Shown: positions 1 to 13,953, counted from the first letter of the stretch. The stretch is DNA of 64,000 nucleotides from Phoronis australis (GCA_002633005.1 NMRA01000191.1:240466-304465), one strand, 5' to 3'. Made by a program: numbers and translations. The notes: generated by a model from the sequence alone, not told the origin.

Positions 1-290
1 AAACCTTAATGATGTACATTTCAGAAGCCACTGCATCAATCATAATTTGACAGGTAAGCAATCAACAGAAATGTCTTCCAAAATAAAAACATTAAAAAAA
101 CAACTTTCAATCAGGATTCGCTAAAACTCGTCCTGCTGTGTGATAATGTCACTAAACTGTAATCATCTCTCACAAGATTCAGTATTAACTAGGTCAATCA
201 TCCCCTTTTGGCAACGAATATGTAATTCACTGATAGGCGTGCTCGGCAGTGAAAGCATTAACACCAGAACTACCCCACAGTAAACCATAC

Positions 291-430
291 CTAGCATCCT
301 CCATGGGTGTGACAAAAACTTCTCCATTCTCAATGTCGATGACGCAGTGCTCTGGAAGAATCCCCAATCCACTCAGCTGGATGTCTTGTTCGGTGGGGGC
401 GTTCGGTTGGCCTATTCGCGTATGTGTTTC
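291..430 (-). CDS. KIF13: KIF13 exon (FHA domain, N-terminal half); gene continues beyond window start
   Basis: ETHTRIGQPNAPTEQDIQLSGLGILPEHCVIDIENGEVFVTPMEDA(R); 140 nt, ag/gtatg. Confidence 0.94.
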
Positions 431-3400
431 CTGAAACAGCCCGGGAATCAATGCGTTAAGCCAAATTGAAAATATTGATATTTTCTTTACCTGAAGGAAA
501 TGTAGTATTTACTGCATTGCAGGTTAAAATATCACGTTAAATGGAGCATTAATGCTCGATACTGTGATACTGTGTAACTATCTGCACGGAAGCTGAAAGA
601 ACTAATTGTGGTTAGAAGTAAGGCACACAGCTCAATTATACAGTGATAATCAGTCCAATATTGATAGACCTTCTTGTTTAACAGGGCACAACAAAGTAAC
701 AAAGATGCAGCAAAAATGCCATTTTCTGGCATCAAAAGATAACGGAATAACAATATAAATGAGAAACGAAGAACAATGTGACTGGCAATCGTCCACGGAC
801 AAATCTTGTCACAATGGGAATAAGCTGCTTCCTCTTCTTAAGAAGTACAAGAAAACAAAAGTATGACTTGGCAAAGAGCCAAAGTCCACAGAGCAAGCGG
901 GGGAAATCCCAGGAAGAAGTCTAAAAAAACGAAAAAGAAAATTTTTTTACATCTCCTGCCAGCCCAGTGGGGTTGAGTCTCTGCATTAAAAATAAGGTGT
1001 TTATTTGTATTAGGTCAATAATACAAGCGAGCCATTCAAATTACCATAACAGGCCATTCAAATTACCACTGAAGCTAATCAATAAGGTGGCACATACAAT
1101 GCGCTGTAAATTACATTACATTATATTACAGAACACGAGGATACCATTCTGTAACACTGACTTTCACTGTCTTATGGGAAAGGAGAGAGTGAGTAACATC
1201 ATAAAACCAAACGCACAACTAACTCCCAGATGGACTGCTCATTTCCACATGACCCGATATTTGAGACAAAATTCACTAACAAAAGCACGACTGCGAGGGA
1301 CATTCGAGGCGATAAATAGTCACTCACAAAATGGAAAAAACATGTATCTCGCAATTCAACAGTTCAACCATACCAACCACTCATTTTAATGTCATCCATT
1401 TTGCAAGCATCATGCTACTTTTAAAGTCCAGAACATACTTGCGACACACTTGACTTTCACTCATGTAATTTTAAATGTTCTCCCATGATCTCGCTTTTAT
1501 GTAAGAGTCTTAAGTCTACGGAACATACCCCAGCTTATACTCACGCGCCCAGGAAGTAAAAGAGGCCACCAACAAGCAATTCATTCAGAAAATATCGGAC
1601 TGCCAACCAATACCTAACATTTACAAAACTGAGATCCATGCAAAAACAACAATTTCATATCACAGGACACTCTGATATAACCCAAGATGACACCCAACAC
1701 TGCTAACCTTATGTATACCATTTCAAGTATGTGTTAAAAAATGAAAATCACAAGACCTGCTTTAAATGAAACTATGACGACTCTCAGCCCATACTTAAAG
1801 TGAACTTCTCCTCGTGATTAAAAAGTCATGTCAAACCTACAGCAGCTCACAGTCACCTGCATGCCCCTTACAAACAAAGAACGTTCCATTCAGTACAGCT
1901 CCAATCAATATGCTGGCATCAAGACCGATTGAAATTACATCACTTTCACATGGTGTTTGGTTTCCTAGTTTGCATTTCAACTACAGCTTAGTTGTAGTCA
2001 TTGAGAAGGCAGTGTCAGGGAGTGACTCCTCAAGTACTGACAACTTGTGAAACATGTCACGTTGATAGCTTCTGTTGTAACCTAACCTAAGTTGAAGGGA
2101 AAGCAGAACAGGATTAACCTGCAATTTGATTTAACAGAACATCAGATTTTACAGGGATAGCTGCAGACACTGAAATGACCTCAGAATACAGATAAATTGA
2201 CCTCATAAGTAGACCCTACACATGCCAAACTATGGATATTCAAACTTGTCACCTGCACTTTAGTCAGTCACTCAGACTACACAAATGTTGCTCATTCCAA
2301 TATAAACTCCCTCTCTCTGCCTCTGCACCTTAGCTAGTAACTCCGCACTAGGCTAGAATAGCAGTACACTGATAATAGTAAAAATGCTGGTTGTACTTAA
2401 TCTAGCCTTTTTCACAATGGAATTATTTGTGATAACACGAGTAAACAAACAAACATGCAGATTAAACCAAATGCACAAGATTATTATTAGCCAGTGACAT
2501 CAAAACTCAACCTTCTTTTTAATAAATAAATGATGTCAGCACCAAAATAACCCACAAATAAATATTTCAGATTACAATGCAAGGCTTTACAGTACCATCA
2601 ACATGAATCTCTCTAGAAGTCCTAGTCAAACCTTTGCACTCAAAACTCACCTGAAAAATCAACTTTGAGAAAATCTACGAAATTTATACCGCCAATCATG
2701 TGACGGGACTAGTTAACTTTCGAGTAAAAGTGGAGTCTGAGTTATGACAGTCAACTCTGACGCATGTTCTTAGACCAAAGCAGGCCCTTTACAGTAGTAA
2801 ACCTGACATTTCTTGCTGAACTAAAATACCCAGCATTAAGCATTCGAGTTCCTACACAACTCTCTTTCTCAACTGGACATCACTAATCCACTTCAGTACA
2901 CAAGTCCACCATCCAGGCATATGTCATAGAACTAAGACAACATCTGCCATGCCACACATCCATGGTTCCCATACTACAGCTGTTCCTATTGGTCAGATGG
3001 ACAGATTATATGAACTGTCCAAACTGTCAGGTAAGCAGGAAACAACAGAATAGCTTAAATTCTACAAGAGCAGTCGTTCAAAAGCTAAAATCTCTAGTTC
3101 AGAATATTGAAGACATTCTACAACATTTGCAAAATTTATCAATTCATTTTTCAATTTGATATTTTCTCCTCATTTTCCTTACATGTATTTTGACATATCT
3201 TAAATGAGCAATTTGACACTGAGAAGAATTTGTCAAATCATTTTTTTCGAAAACTGCCCAGTGCTACAGATCACACTGGTCAATGTGATCTAAATATTTC
3301 TTCACCATTTCTGCAACAGAGATACAATCTACGTAACATAGTAAAGTCCTGTACCTGACAAGAATCAACTTGACAACTGTGAAGAGCATGTCATTATTAT

Positions 3401-3801
3401 CAGGCGAAACGAGAACTTTACAAACAAATCAATTATTTACTAAAGCACTTGTCTACGAGGTGCACAAAATGAACACAGAATTCATGATTGATTAATTACT
3501 GTGTACACCAAGGAATCCCCTTAAGGGACATGAAATACTAAGGAAACACTTCTCTACAGTTTGGGTTAAAATACGACGGAAAATTGAACATTTCTTATTA
3601 TTTTTTCAACAAAACATTTTTGGAAATTCTGATTTGCTGTCGGCATAATTTGTATAGCTTATCAGTCATTGAAAAACATTTAGTAAAATTTTGAGCGCAG
3701 CCAGTGAGTATTTGAGCCTCCAAAAGATAGAAAAAAAAACAATTTTAGCAATTGTTGTTTTGCTTCAAATTGATAAAATTTTACCATAATTGGAAACTGT
3801 T

Positions 3802-5365
3802 ACAAGAGCAACATGGAGTATTGAAATGCGCCCGCGAATGCATTGCAAATGGAATGCTTTTAGGGTTGTTTATTTGTATCATCAAAATGGCCACTAGATA
3901 GCGCAAAATACATGGAATCCGTCTGAAAACCAAAAAATGTCATCCTTTCGTTAAAAGAAATCCATTTACCAAATTTCATTACAATTCATCCAGGAACTTC
4001 AGAGAAACAGAGGAAAATGAAAAAAATGAAATTGCCACTAGGGGGCACAGTGTTCGTTGGATCCGTCTAAAAGTTATCGTCTTTTCTTATTAACTTCATT
4101 TAAATACACGAGCTAAATTTAATAAAGATCCTGCAGAGGGCTTAGAAGATACAGGTATGGGTGCAAAAAAAACAAAACCACCACTAGGAGGCGCCACAGA
4201 AGTCGAAGTCGTCGGAAATTAATCGTCAACCGTCCCCTTCATAGAAAGAACATTCATGCCAACTTTCACAATCATCCTTAGAGTGGTTTAGTTGACAGAG
4301 GGACAGACGCCAAAAAACGCGAAAATAACAAAAATGGCCACTAGGTGGTGCAAAATACCTTGAATCAATACGAAGATGAATGGTTAGCGTCACCTCACTA
4401 ATAGATGTCTAGGTGCCAAATTTTATGGAAATCCGTTGAGAACCTTTGAAGATACGGAGGTAAACTTAAAAAAATATAATTGCCACTAGGGGACACACCG
4501 GTACACCGATATGTCCGAAAGTCGCCGTCGTCCGTTGTCAATTTCATATAAATACATTTGCTAAATTTAATAAAGATCCTGTTCAGCGCTTAGGAGATAC
4601 AGCCATGGGCGCAAAAACAAACAAAACTGCCACTAGGAGGCGCCACAGTAGTCAAAGTCGTCTTCTTCATAGTAAGAAAATATATGCCAATTTTCACAAT
4701 CATCCTTTGAGTGGTTTGGTTGTTAGAGGGGCAGACGCCAAAAAACGACTCGAAAATAGTAAAAATGGCCAATAGATGGCGCAAATGTCTCAAATCTATC
4801 CGAAAACGGGAGGATAGCATCAACTTATTAATAGATGCCTACGTGCCAAATTTCACGAAATTCGGTTAAGGACCTTTGAAAATACAGAGGTAAACGTAAA
4901 AAACTAAAATTGCCACTAGGGGCACAGCGGTATTTGGGTCGGTCCGAAACTCGTCGCCCTCTGTCTTCAACCCCATAGGAACACACCTGCCAAATTTCAA
5001 TAAGATCCTGCAAAGAGTTTAGGAGATACAGCCGCGGACGCCGGACGACAGACNACAAGAGCAACACGGAGCGTTGAAATGCGCCCACGAATGCATTGCA
5101 AATGGTATTCTTTTGGGGTTGTTTATTTGTATCATCAAAATGGCCACTAGATAGCGCAAAATACATCGAATCCGTCTGAAAACCAGAAAATGTCATCGTT
5201 TCGTTAATAGAAAACCATTTACCAAATTTCATTAAAATTCATTGAGGAACTTCAGAGAAACAGAGAAAAATGAAAAAAATGAAATTGCCACTAGGGGCAC
5301 AGTGTTCGTCGGATCCGTATAAAAGTTATAGTCTTTTCTTATTAACTTCATATTAATACACGGGT
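3802..5365 (+). mobile_element. Helentron/HINE-like non-autonomous element with internal ~145-bp tandem array (trimeric higher-order ~447 bp), plus a partial second copy
   Basis: Head acaagagcaac...gaaatgcgccc at 3802 and again at 5055; monomers with gccactag cores at 3891, 4035, 4181, 4338, 4483, 4630, 4769, 4913, 5144, 5288; aaatttc...gatcc...gagat blocks; ggacg/gaca microsatellite at ~5036-5053. Family assignment is inferred from architecture only. Confidence 0.6.
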
Positions 5366-5545
5366 TAGATATGGAGCCACTTGAATTTCTACGATCACAA
5401 TCTGCATTTTAGGAAAACTGTCCTCGTATCACAATAAGTTGCAAAATGATTTACCTCCAGATGGCTTGCCGTCCTGCCAACTGCCAACTGCTCAGAATTA
5501 TTGAGGTCAGGTTCAAAAACACGAAAGAGCATACAGTACAAGCCA

Positions 5546-5770
5546 AAAGTACTAAGACGAAATGACCTGGAATTCCCCCCGTCATGACGGCTAGACGGAT
5601 GCCAAATTCCGTGTCAGAGTAGTCTCCCCTGATGACCGGGAGTGAACAGGAATTACGAGGAAAGTTATCAAGGTGACTACCCCATTCTGTAATAACACTT
5701 TTCTTGCCTCAATAGTTATTACAAGCCATTTTTTCTGTTAACAGAAGTAGCAGTCACAACATGGAAACAG
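5546..5770 (+). repeat. Dispersed repeat copy 1 (second copy at ~9060-9290)
   Basis: Shared blocks aaagta..gac.aaatgacc..gaattcccccc, gtcagagta.tctcccctgatgac, ggaaagtta.caaggtg, agccattttt..tgttaacagaa.tagc. Confidence 0.75.
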
Positions 5771-7533
5771 TATTTATTTTGTCCTGTTCTGTAGGACTAG
5801 CAACTATGTATGTGTGTGTGTGTGTTCACCAATATCTTGAACTTAACTCCTTTTTAGATGGCAAATCCCAGTTATACCATTGACACACTGACATTAGATG
5901 GCAAACTGATTCAGCACATTGACCTGTGAACAAACAGCAATGGAAACTGTACAAATTGTCCCATAATGCTAATTACGATAAAATATCCCTATTTCGGACA
6001 AAAATAATTGCCATTTTCTCATTTTTCAAGGTCTTCTTACATTGCTCAAGTGTCTAGAAGTTTTCAACATTTTGTGTAGCGTTAGACGTCATATAAAACT
6101 ACAACATGGCAAAGCATTAATTTGGTACCATATATATTACATGAAAAAATATGAATATAAATTGTCAACTGTCGGTCACATTGTCTGGTAAATTGGTGAG
6201 ATTTACCGCAATCACCAAGTTTATCAACACTGATAAACTGCATGCTGCGTCCCACCATGCACCATGTGAAGCAACCTGTCTAAACGTCAAGGCGGAAATA
6301 ATCCTTTAACTTGCACATGTGCAACAACACCAACATCAAGACAATTATTTGTACTAATGTGCACGGGCAACAAAGTGGCCTCTGACCAAACCCTTTCACA
6401 GTGCCACAGTCTTACAGACGGCCTGGGAAAACTAGATTTGGAACACAGAGCCTCTTGCATCCTGTCAATTTGAGCCAAACCAAAGTTACCACTTAAACAT
6501 ATAGTTAGTAAAGTAAGAAAAGACACGAAACTTACATTTACAGGTTGTTTATACCGCACAACCAAACAAATTACAGCATTCATTCAAACTATTCATACTT
6601 CTCGTATACTTCTGTGCAAAAACAAAAAAATTCCATCGTTCAGCATCACCAAACATCAAAAGCTATGCGCTTACACCCCTATAGTTATAATTACATCTTA
6701 ATTTTCAAGTCTTACCACATGAGCCACCCACCAACATAGTCAAGAGATCAATACCACCAATCGATGGAGCAAATAAAACAATTGATAACCTACTGCTCAC
6801 CCTCTAAGCAACACAGTGGACCTGAATGGGGTATTGATTACACTTTCTATTCACAACACATGGTCAGGGGCCACCCTCCTGTGCAGTTTGGCTCAGGACT
6901 TAGGATTCTGTGAGAACCCTTTTATCATTTTGATGCATAACATAAATTTTGCTCTGAATGTATTTTTGAATGGTCAGTGGACATTATAGATAATATCCTA
7001 CAACTGAGTGAGTGGCTTTTAGCAAACAAAGACAATGATGGATCATTTGCAACTGCATGTGGTTAAAGATCTAGTTTTCAACTATAACTGCACCACTTGA
7101 AGTGTTGTTTGAACGGTATTCAACTTCAAAGATAGGTGATATAATGCCTAAGCTACCAATACTGAACATCACCGGAGTCGAGAACACAAACAAGATTGGA
7201 CAGTTCAATTAATGCAATTTGAGTCCTTGTGACAGTTTTGCCAAACCACACAAGCCTGAATGCAGGTGTTTACAGACCTTCACAAATGAATGGTGACTGA
7301 TCGCATGGGACTTGTCACTTAGGGCTCTTTGACTGACTAGGGAGCAAATTAATTTGCGAAAAAAAACATGAGACAAGTCCTTGCACATTGTATACGGTTG
7401 TGTTTCGTGAGTGGTAAAAAGGTTCCCTGTGTGCCATTGTGTTTGCTGCAGTCAGGAGGCCATTTTTCATGACTGACTTAAGGCTAATAAACAGCTGAAT
7501 TCCATAAAAAAATAACTCCTAAACAGTTACAAT

Positions 7534-8896
7534 TATGAAATTGGTCTCAAATTGTTGCGTTCTCAAAGTAAACGTGATTTCTGGGTATTAAAATAATGTG
7601 CACATCATTATTGCTGGAGAGCAAGCTCAACAGTTCTGGCCTGTCGCTACTGCAGCTCATCTGATGCACCGACCAAAGTATCAAACAATAAAGATTCCCA
7701 GGAACGACTTGAACAGAGCAAGGAACAAGCTGAAACTAGTTTTGCAGTGGTGAAAGGTCAAAATTAAAAGTTTGACGACGAATACTGGTTTATGTCAGCT
7801 TTAGACATCAAATTTTTCCTATATTCTTGTTTATACATCGCAGTTTAGGAATAATTTGTTATAAAAATTATCTGATTAACTTTTATAGCAAATGCGGATA
7901 TGTTTTCAGAGATTTACACTTTGCTAAAACATCCCATTATCACATTAAATTTTTTGTTTTGTGAAGTGTGTGGCAAAATCTGTGACGTGCGCCGTAAGTC
8001 ACTTTTCAAGAAATGAGCTTCACACTCCATCAGCCAGATGGCAGCACATCATTACTTTACACAGTCACAGCAGTTACCTTCAGGTAGTAGACCAAGAGTT
8101 CATTCAAGCACGGGTCAGCATTAAGGTTCACCAGGAAGTGATTGCCCTGTTCCACTTTAATGCCTGACGTCTGAACGGAGATTCCCATCTTCTCTAAAGC
8201 TGCATGTCGTTCCTACAAAGAGCAAGTCGTGTCATTACAACACTATAAGTGCCAAAAGCTCCCTATTAAGACTTTACCCGCTCAACAGTGATACAACCCT
8301 TACCGTAACCCTAAGCCTAACCTTAAGTGTATTTACCCTAGCTGTAACCAAAACCACACACATAACCAATACAGACTCACATAAATGAAAGAAATATTAT
8401 TTTTCCATCAAATGCAACAACCATAATTAGTTTTTTGACTATCTATTTAAATAAACACTACTAAAATGCAAGCACTTAGCGTTACTTTGGTACATTCCAA
8501 GTCAATCTCCCTGCAGGGGTCCACCACTCGAATCTTTTATTTCGTATGAGGCTCTCAGCTGTGTCACAAATTAAATTAATATAATGAAAAGCAATCGTCC
8601 TTCATTTTCTTGCATTTGGACGGCTTACAATGCAGTTACTTGATAACGCGCAGTAAATACTTTGAAGCGGCAATAATCTCACGTTAAGGCAAAGAAACTT
8701 TATTTTGATTTCGACAACTGACTGCTACAAAATTAGTCGCAACTTGTTCCTTACTATGAGGAGAAGTGATTTCAAGTCTTGCAAAGAACGGATAGTTTGT
8801 TATTTCTCAAGACTGTGCCCTGCTAGGCGAATAAATTGACGACTTGCAGAACCTCACACGTCTCAAGCAAGGAACGATTTGAGACCAATTTCATAG
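7534..8896. repeat. Pair of diverged inverted repeat copies (~7534-7773 and ~8695-8896) flanking the KIF13 exon at 8078-8212
   Basis: tatgaaattggtctcaaa (7534) is the reverse complement of tttgagaccaatttcata (~8879); agcaaggaacaagctgaaactagttttg pairs with caaaattagtcgcaacttgttccttact. Confidence 0.65.
8078..8212 (-). CDS. KIF13: KIF13 exon (CC1 end to pre-FHA)
   Basis: ERHAALEKMGISVQTSGIKVEQGNHFLVNLNADPCLNELLVYYLK; 135 nt, tag/gtaa. Confidence 0.95.
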
Positions 8897-9059
8897 CGGC
8901 AAGTCTGAATCAAAAACATTCTTATACTCTTATGACAGAAGCCAGCTTTATAGCCGGTTTAAAACAATGCCAGAGAATGAAATCACTCGATTTGTAAAAC
9001 TTCTCCACACCATCAATGTTAACTGGTTAAAACTACCTTCTAAATACAGTACACACGCT

Positions 9060-9290
9060 AAAAGTATTCAGACAAAATGACCCAGAATTCCCCCCCCCCG
9101 CCCTATGATGACTGGGTGGTAACTGAACTCATCGTCAGAGTACTCTCCCCTGATGACTGAGAATGAAGGAGAATATTAACAGGAAAGTTAGCAAGGTGGA
9201 GAAGTCATTCTGTAATTGGAATTTTGACACCATCTTAGTTAAAACCAGCCATTTTTAGTGTTAACAGAATTAGCCGTCATGACGCGAAAT
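9060..9290 (+). repeat. Dispersed repeat copy 2 (direct copy of 5546-5770)
   Basis: Same ordered blocks as 5546-5770, diverged. Confidence 0.75.
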
Positions 9291-10838
9291 GGGATTTATC
9301 CGATTACTTTTGTCTTGTACATTAACTTCCTCATATACTATGACAACAACTCTATAATAAATCCCTAACCCATCAGTTTTGGATAGATCAGAAGACACAG
9401 ATACACGTAAAGCTTCACGTATTTCAAACAGTACCTGTCTCCAGCAAGTGAATAACTCCCACATAATCCAACAAAGCATTGTTCATCATTTAAAAAAGAA
9501 TCTAGTATACGTTACAGACTTAGTTGTAACAAATAACTTCTTGTTATCCATAACCTACACTGCACGCCATGTCTTGTCGCGAGTGAGCTGGTTAAGACCA
9601 GCTCGGATGACATCACCAGTCCTATCTATTTTAAACCAATTAACATCATCTCGGACGGCTGATTGCGTTAATTGTCTGAAGTTGTGGGGTATGTAATTAA
9701 CAAAGATGTTAGATTGGCGTACGATATAATTTTGCTAAGTAACATCGGGAAGAATGATTGAGCACCGTCAGTAAGAAAACACTCTACCAGTGTTGACGGT
9801 TTCCATATAGAAATACTGCAATGGACTCGATAAGAGTTTTTCATTTTTGTTACTGCTGTTTTTTCACAGCCGACGTCAGTGGCAAAAATTCCAAGAAGAC
9901 ATGACTTAGTTTTCATGCAGCTATGCAAAAAATAACTTCTAATTTAGACCACTTGATGTTATCAAACCAGCTTTTAATCAGTTCAAAACGGATTTCTGGG
10001 TTTGGGTAGAACGAGGTTCATAAATATCTTCAATAAATTGGATTGATTGATATATCACTTTATGCACTGAACACACCATAGTTGATACTTTGACAAAATG
10101 GTAGATAAATGTCTGGTTGGCACACTGTATCTACAAATGATACGGCACCTCAAAATTACTTTTACTACTGTATGTCAAGAATTAAGAAAAGCAATTATCT
10201 CTCCATAAAGTACATCTCTGTTAACGATGCTACAAACACACCTTCCTTCAGAAAACTAACTTTTGATGAAGACCACTAAGTGTTATACAATTGGTGTCAA
10301 CATGTTTCTGGTTTCTGGCCTTGGGAAAACAGGCAATTGGTTACTGAGAACAGGTTCAGAAAGCTGGCATTATCGTCTCAAACAAAAATAAATTCACAAA
10401 GTTCCCTCGCACAGAAACCACTCGTTGTCACAGTAAGGAACAAGTCTAGGCAAATTTCATACAGGTAAGCAGCCTAAATCAAATGACAGTTTCTTAGACA
10501 GAAGATGGCTTTATAGTAGTTTTAACCTCTACTGAAAACATAGCAAACGATACTTAACGGATCATTTCAGCTCAGCGCAGAATAACTGTTAATGTTTCAT
10601 CCCACTCTAATCAGACAACTTTGCCACTCAATGACTTAAGGACCTATCGGCTGTGAGAACGCCCAAGACAATAACACTCAAAAATGTCTGACAATGGCTG
10701 GCTGTTTAAGAACAAAGACTTTCTGTGCAGTTATCACTACAGATGGTATATATTTCTACTCAACAGGGCTGTCAAGGGTTGAGAGTGTTTTGCGTCCAAT
10801 AATGAACTCACCACAATTGACTGTTAAAGATAATATGT

Positions 10839-11093
10839 TGTGTTAATGATGTAAATATTGCTAAAACACAATCTGCCTTAAAACACTGCCAACAGCGATT
10901 AATTACAAAACATGTCCTGTGTACACTAGCCAATGGCAAATTCTACTAACTGTTGTTTTAGCTTTTACAATATGTTGACAATGTGTTAATGACGTAAATA
11001 TTGCTAAAACACAATCTGCCTTAAAACACTGCCAACAGCGATTAATTACAAAACATGTCCTGTGTACCCTAGCCAATGGCAAATTCTACTAAC
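10839..11093. repeat. Recent tandem duplication, 143-bp period, ~112-bp near-identical core
   Basis: tgtgttaatga...ggcaaattctactaac at 10839-10950 and 10982-11093. Confidence 0.9.
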
Positions 11094-12188
11094 ATTGTTC
11101 AAAATTTTACACGTTGGGGGACGTTACTGACAAAAAGTACAAAGGTTCACAAGGGAAACCAGGATTTCAAGCAGAGGGCACTTATATATCATATTGCCTG
11201 TGAGAGATGACACAATCCAAGACTAGGTTAGAAGGATTTTCTCTCCAGGACTCCAGAAATCCCTGGACATGCAAACCAGGTTTAAGCAATACCAGAAAAG
11301 TGAAATATTTAAATCACAGGGTAGTGCATGCCCTGATATACAAGGGTTCATCAGTTGACAAGCAACGCTGGGCTTCAAGAGCCAGTTTCCAGTATACCAA
11401 CAACATTATGTTATTACATGGCAATAAAAGTTCCAGAGGACAGCATTCAGCTCCACCTAGAGTTTGTCTATGTCTTGAATGGGTATTTGATGCAATGGGA
11501 TTTCACAGCATTTTTTATACATTGTTTGCAATCATCATGCCGTCAACAGTCAACAGCCAAACTAACGCTGTTCCACACCGGGATAATCAAAAGGTCAGGT
11601 CAAAATGTGCTTCGTCTTTGTCATCTCAACCCATATCACACATCAGAATTTGAAAATGAAGCGAAAGTCTCTTTACAGTGCTCCCAACTTTACCAAGGTG
11701 TACACCACACTTACAGACCAATGGGAAAAGTGCCTTGGAATAACCATATGATTGACTGGGACAATACTAACAACAAGTGTTTCAGATGAGTAAGAGAATT
11801 TGTTCATATCAGGAAAGGTGGCAATATGTGTGCTGTGTTCAGTATGACTGTAACTGATGACATACATTGCATAGCTATGATAGAAAACAACAACAGAGGG
11901 CGTTCACCTTCCTCCATGTAATAACACTTATGAGGAACCTACTGAGTCCATTCATGTTTAAGCAATAGTCTGACATAACGTGCCCGCATTTTGAGAAACA
12001 GTTCGATGCTCATTATTTAGTGGAGAAAACTGGTTCTCAAAATTCGACAACGTTGTATCAAACCATTACCCATGTTTACAAATACCAAAGCGCTTGAGTG
12101 ACCAAACATTCCCTGGACTTACCTACCAGTTCCAGGCAATGCCTGGAGAGTGGTTTTTCTTAGCGTCAGTATTGTTAAAAACACTTAC

Positions 12189-12299
12189 ACTATGAATGCG
12201 TTCGGTTTCCTGTAATTTTTCCTCCCACGTCTTCGACATCTCAGTCATGAGTTTCTCTGACTCCTCAAGTCTCTCCTTTAAATCCGGAGCCTTTAGACT
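12189..12299 (-). CDS. KIF13: KIF13 exon (CC1)
   Basis: SLKAPDLKERLEESEKLMTEMSKTWEEKLQETERIHS; 111 nt, ag/gtaag; the short NC-CC1 linker is KIF13-like rather than KIF1-like. Confidence 0.95.
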
Positions 12300-13158
12300 C
12301 TGCAAGAAGGCATAACACTACAGCTAACACAGGCCATTCAAATCAAAAAGCAAAAAATTTCGATCAAGACCCACTAGTCTTAAAATATCTGGCGATTACT
12401 AACCAAGGACAAACATAATTGAGCAAACAGACGTGTTTAGTTATTGAACAGTCCCTAAGAACATTTGAGGAAATAATTGCTAAGCAAGACACAAGAAAAG
12501 GACATCATCAATCAACTATAACTGATACTAACCACGGGTGTCCAAATGAAATCGGGAACACTGCTTTTCTCTACAATTTCAGTTAAGTGCTCAAATCCCC
12601 TAAGATTTTTTATTTTAAAACTTGCCGTCTTCGCGCAGCAACAAGACAAAACATCACACATCTCCAGTCTCAGACTGTTTTCTATCTCATTACAATGCCA
12701 TCTACTCATTTTGAATAAACATGTTGCAGTGCCCGACACTTGAGTTTGAGACGGAACTCCGCGCAAGTCACGTTTCTATAGGCCACATTAAAGCAGTTGC
12801 TAAAATTCCGCCTCTCACCTCTGCTTTCAAACTAATGGAAATTTATTGTCAGCTATCTACTACAGGCAATTCAATTCAACATCCACTAACCACCATGAAT
12901 TTCACGTTTCTAAATAGCAACTCTCGTCTGCATTAGTGTCTGCTCTCAGCTCTACAGCTAACAACTCACTCCTACTTCTTATACAGTTTCAAAATGACAA
13001 CTTTAATCTCCTTTTTGCAGTTGCAATAACCACTCAAAAACAAACTTGACTTCAACATCACCAAATCTTACTGAAAAAATTTCCTTCTTCAAAATGACAA
13101 CAATTGACTGCTTTCTGCAGTTGCAACTAGCTTTTCCCGCCAAAACCTAACTACTCAC

Positions 13159-13371
13159 TTCTGCCTCCTCCAACTGTTTCCGCAGCTGTTCAACCTCCTC
13201 GCGTAGTTCCCGTATGATGCGCGCATTGGGATCCTCGTTGACAACGGCGTGGTTGACGATACGTTTAGCCCGGTCTGCGTAGCGCAGCGTTGATAGTGTT
13301 TCTTCGTAGTTGTCTGCTGCAGGACTTATTGTGGCTACCATGACAGTTTTGCTGTTTCCACCAAGATTGTC
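13159..13371 (-). CDS. KIF13: KIF13 exon (motor C-terminus, neck linker, neck coil)
   Basis: [71 protein letters not shown]; 213 nt, ag/gtgag. Confidence 0.97.
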
Positions 13372-13841
13372 CTGGAAAATTTCCCGTAATTGATTACCAA
13401 TTAGAAAAGAAAGTAACTGTTCTTCCAATGCCTACCATGCTTCTTGTTAAACTTGGGTAAGAACTTTCATTTGAATACCGCAGTCTAATACAGCATTAAC
13501 TTGACAACTGATAACCAGTATAATTGCATTTATCTCTTTCTGTCAGTCATCTGCTTGAAGATGGTGATTGAAAGTTTAGAAAGGATTCTCATTCTGTGGG
13601 TAACGTAGCATTGCGTCCATTTACGATGAAAATCAAAAGCATCATAGCACAGTGATATAGAGTGTCGTTTTTCTAATACAACATGAAAAAAGAACTGTCC
13701 ATTAACACTCCATTGATGAATTAATGAAAGTTAAATCCACAATCTCAAATAAACTTTCAACACGAGCATGAGTAGTTATTCATGAATCAGTGTAGTATGG
13801 TAGTTTACTATGTGACCAATAGATGGTGACACAATACACAC

Positions 13842-13953
13842 CTTCAGTAGCCATGTCAGAACTGAATCTCTGTAAGGTACAAATTTGTTTCTATTTTTGC
13901 CAGCAGCTTGGTCAGCCAAGTGAGATATCACAAGACCCAGCGTTGTCAGTGAT
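13842..13953 (-). CDS. KIF13: KIF13 exon (alpha4/loop 12/PYRDS)
   Basis: [37 protein letters not shown]; 112 nt, ag/gt. Confidence 0.96.

Noticed and set aside
3891-5300. CRISPR-like array (conserved core with variable spacers)
   Set aside because: Eukaryotic intron, ~145-bp period, the 'spacers' are homologous to each other, and there are no cas genes
5629-5665. Hammerhead ribozyme (CTGATGA...GAAA), also considered at ~53118
   Set aside because: Stem II and the flanking helices do not form around the core
8300-8330. Telomere-like taaccctaagcctaacc
   Set aside because: Only 2-3 degenerate units, too short to interpret
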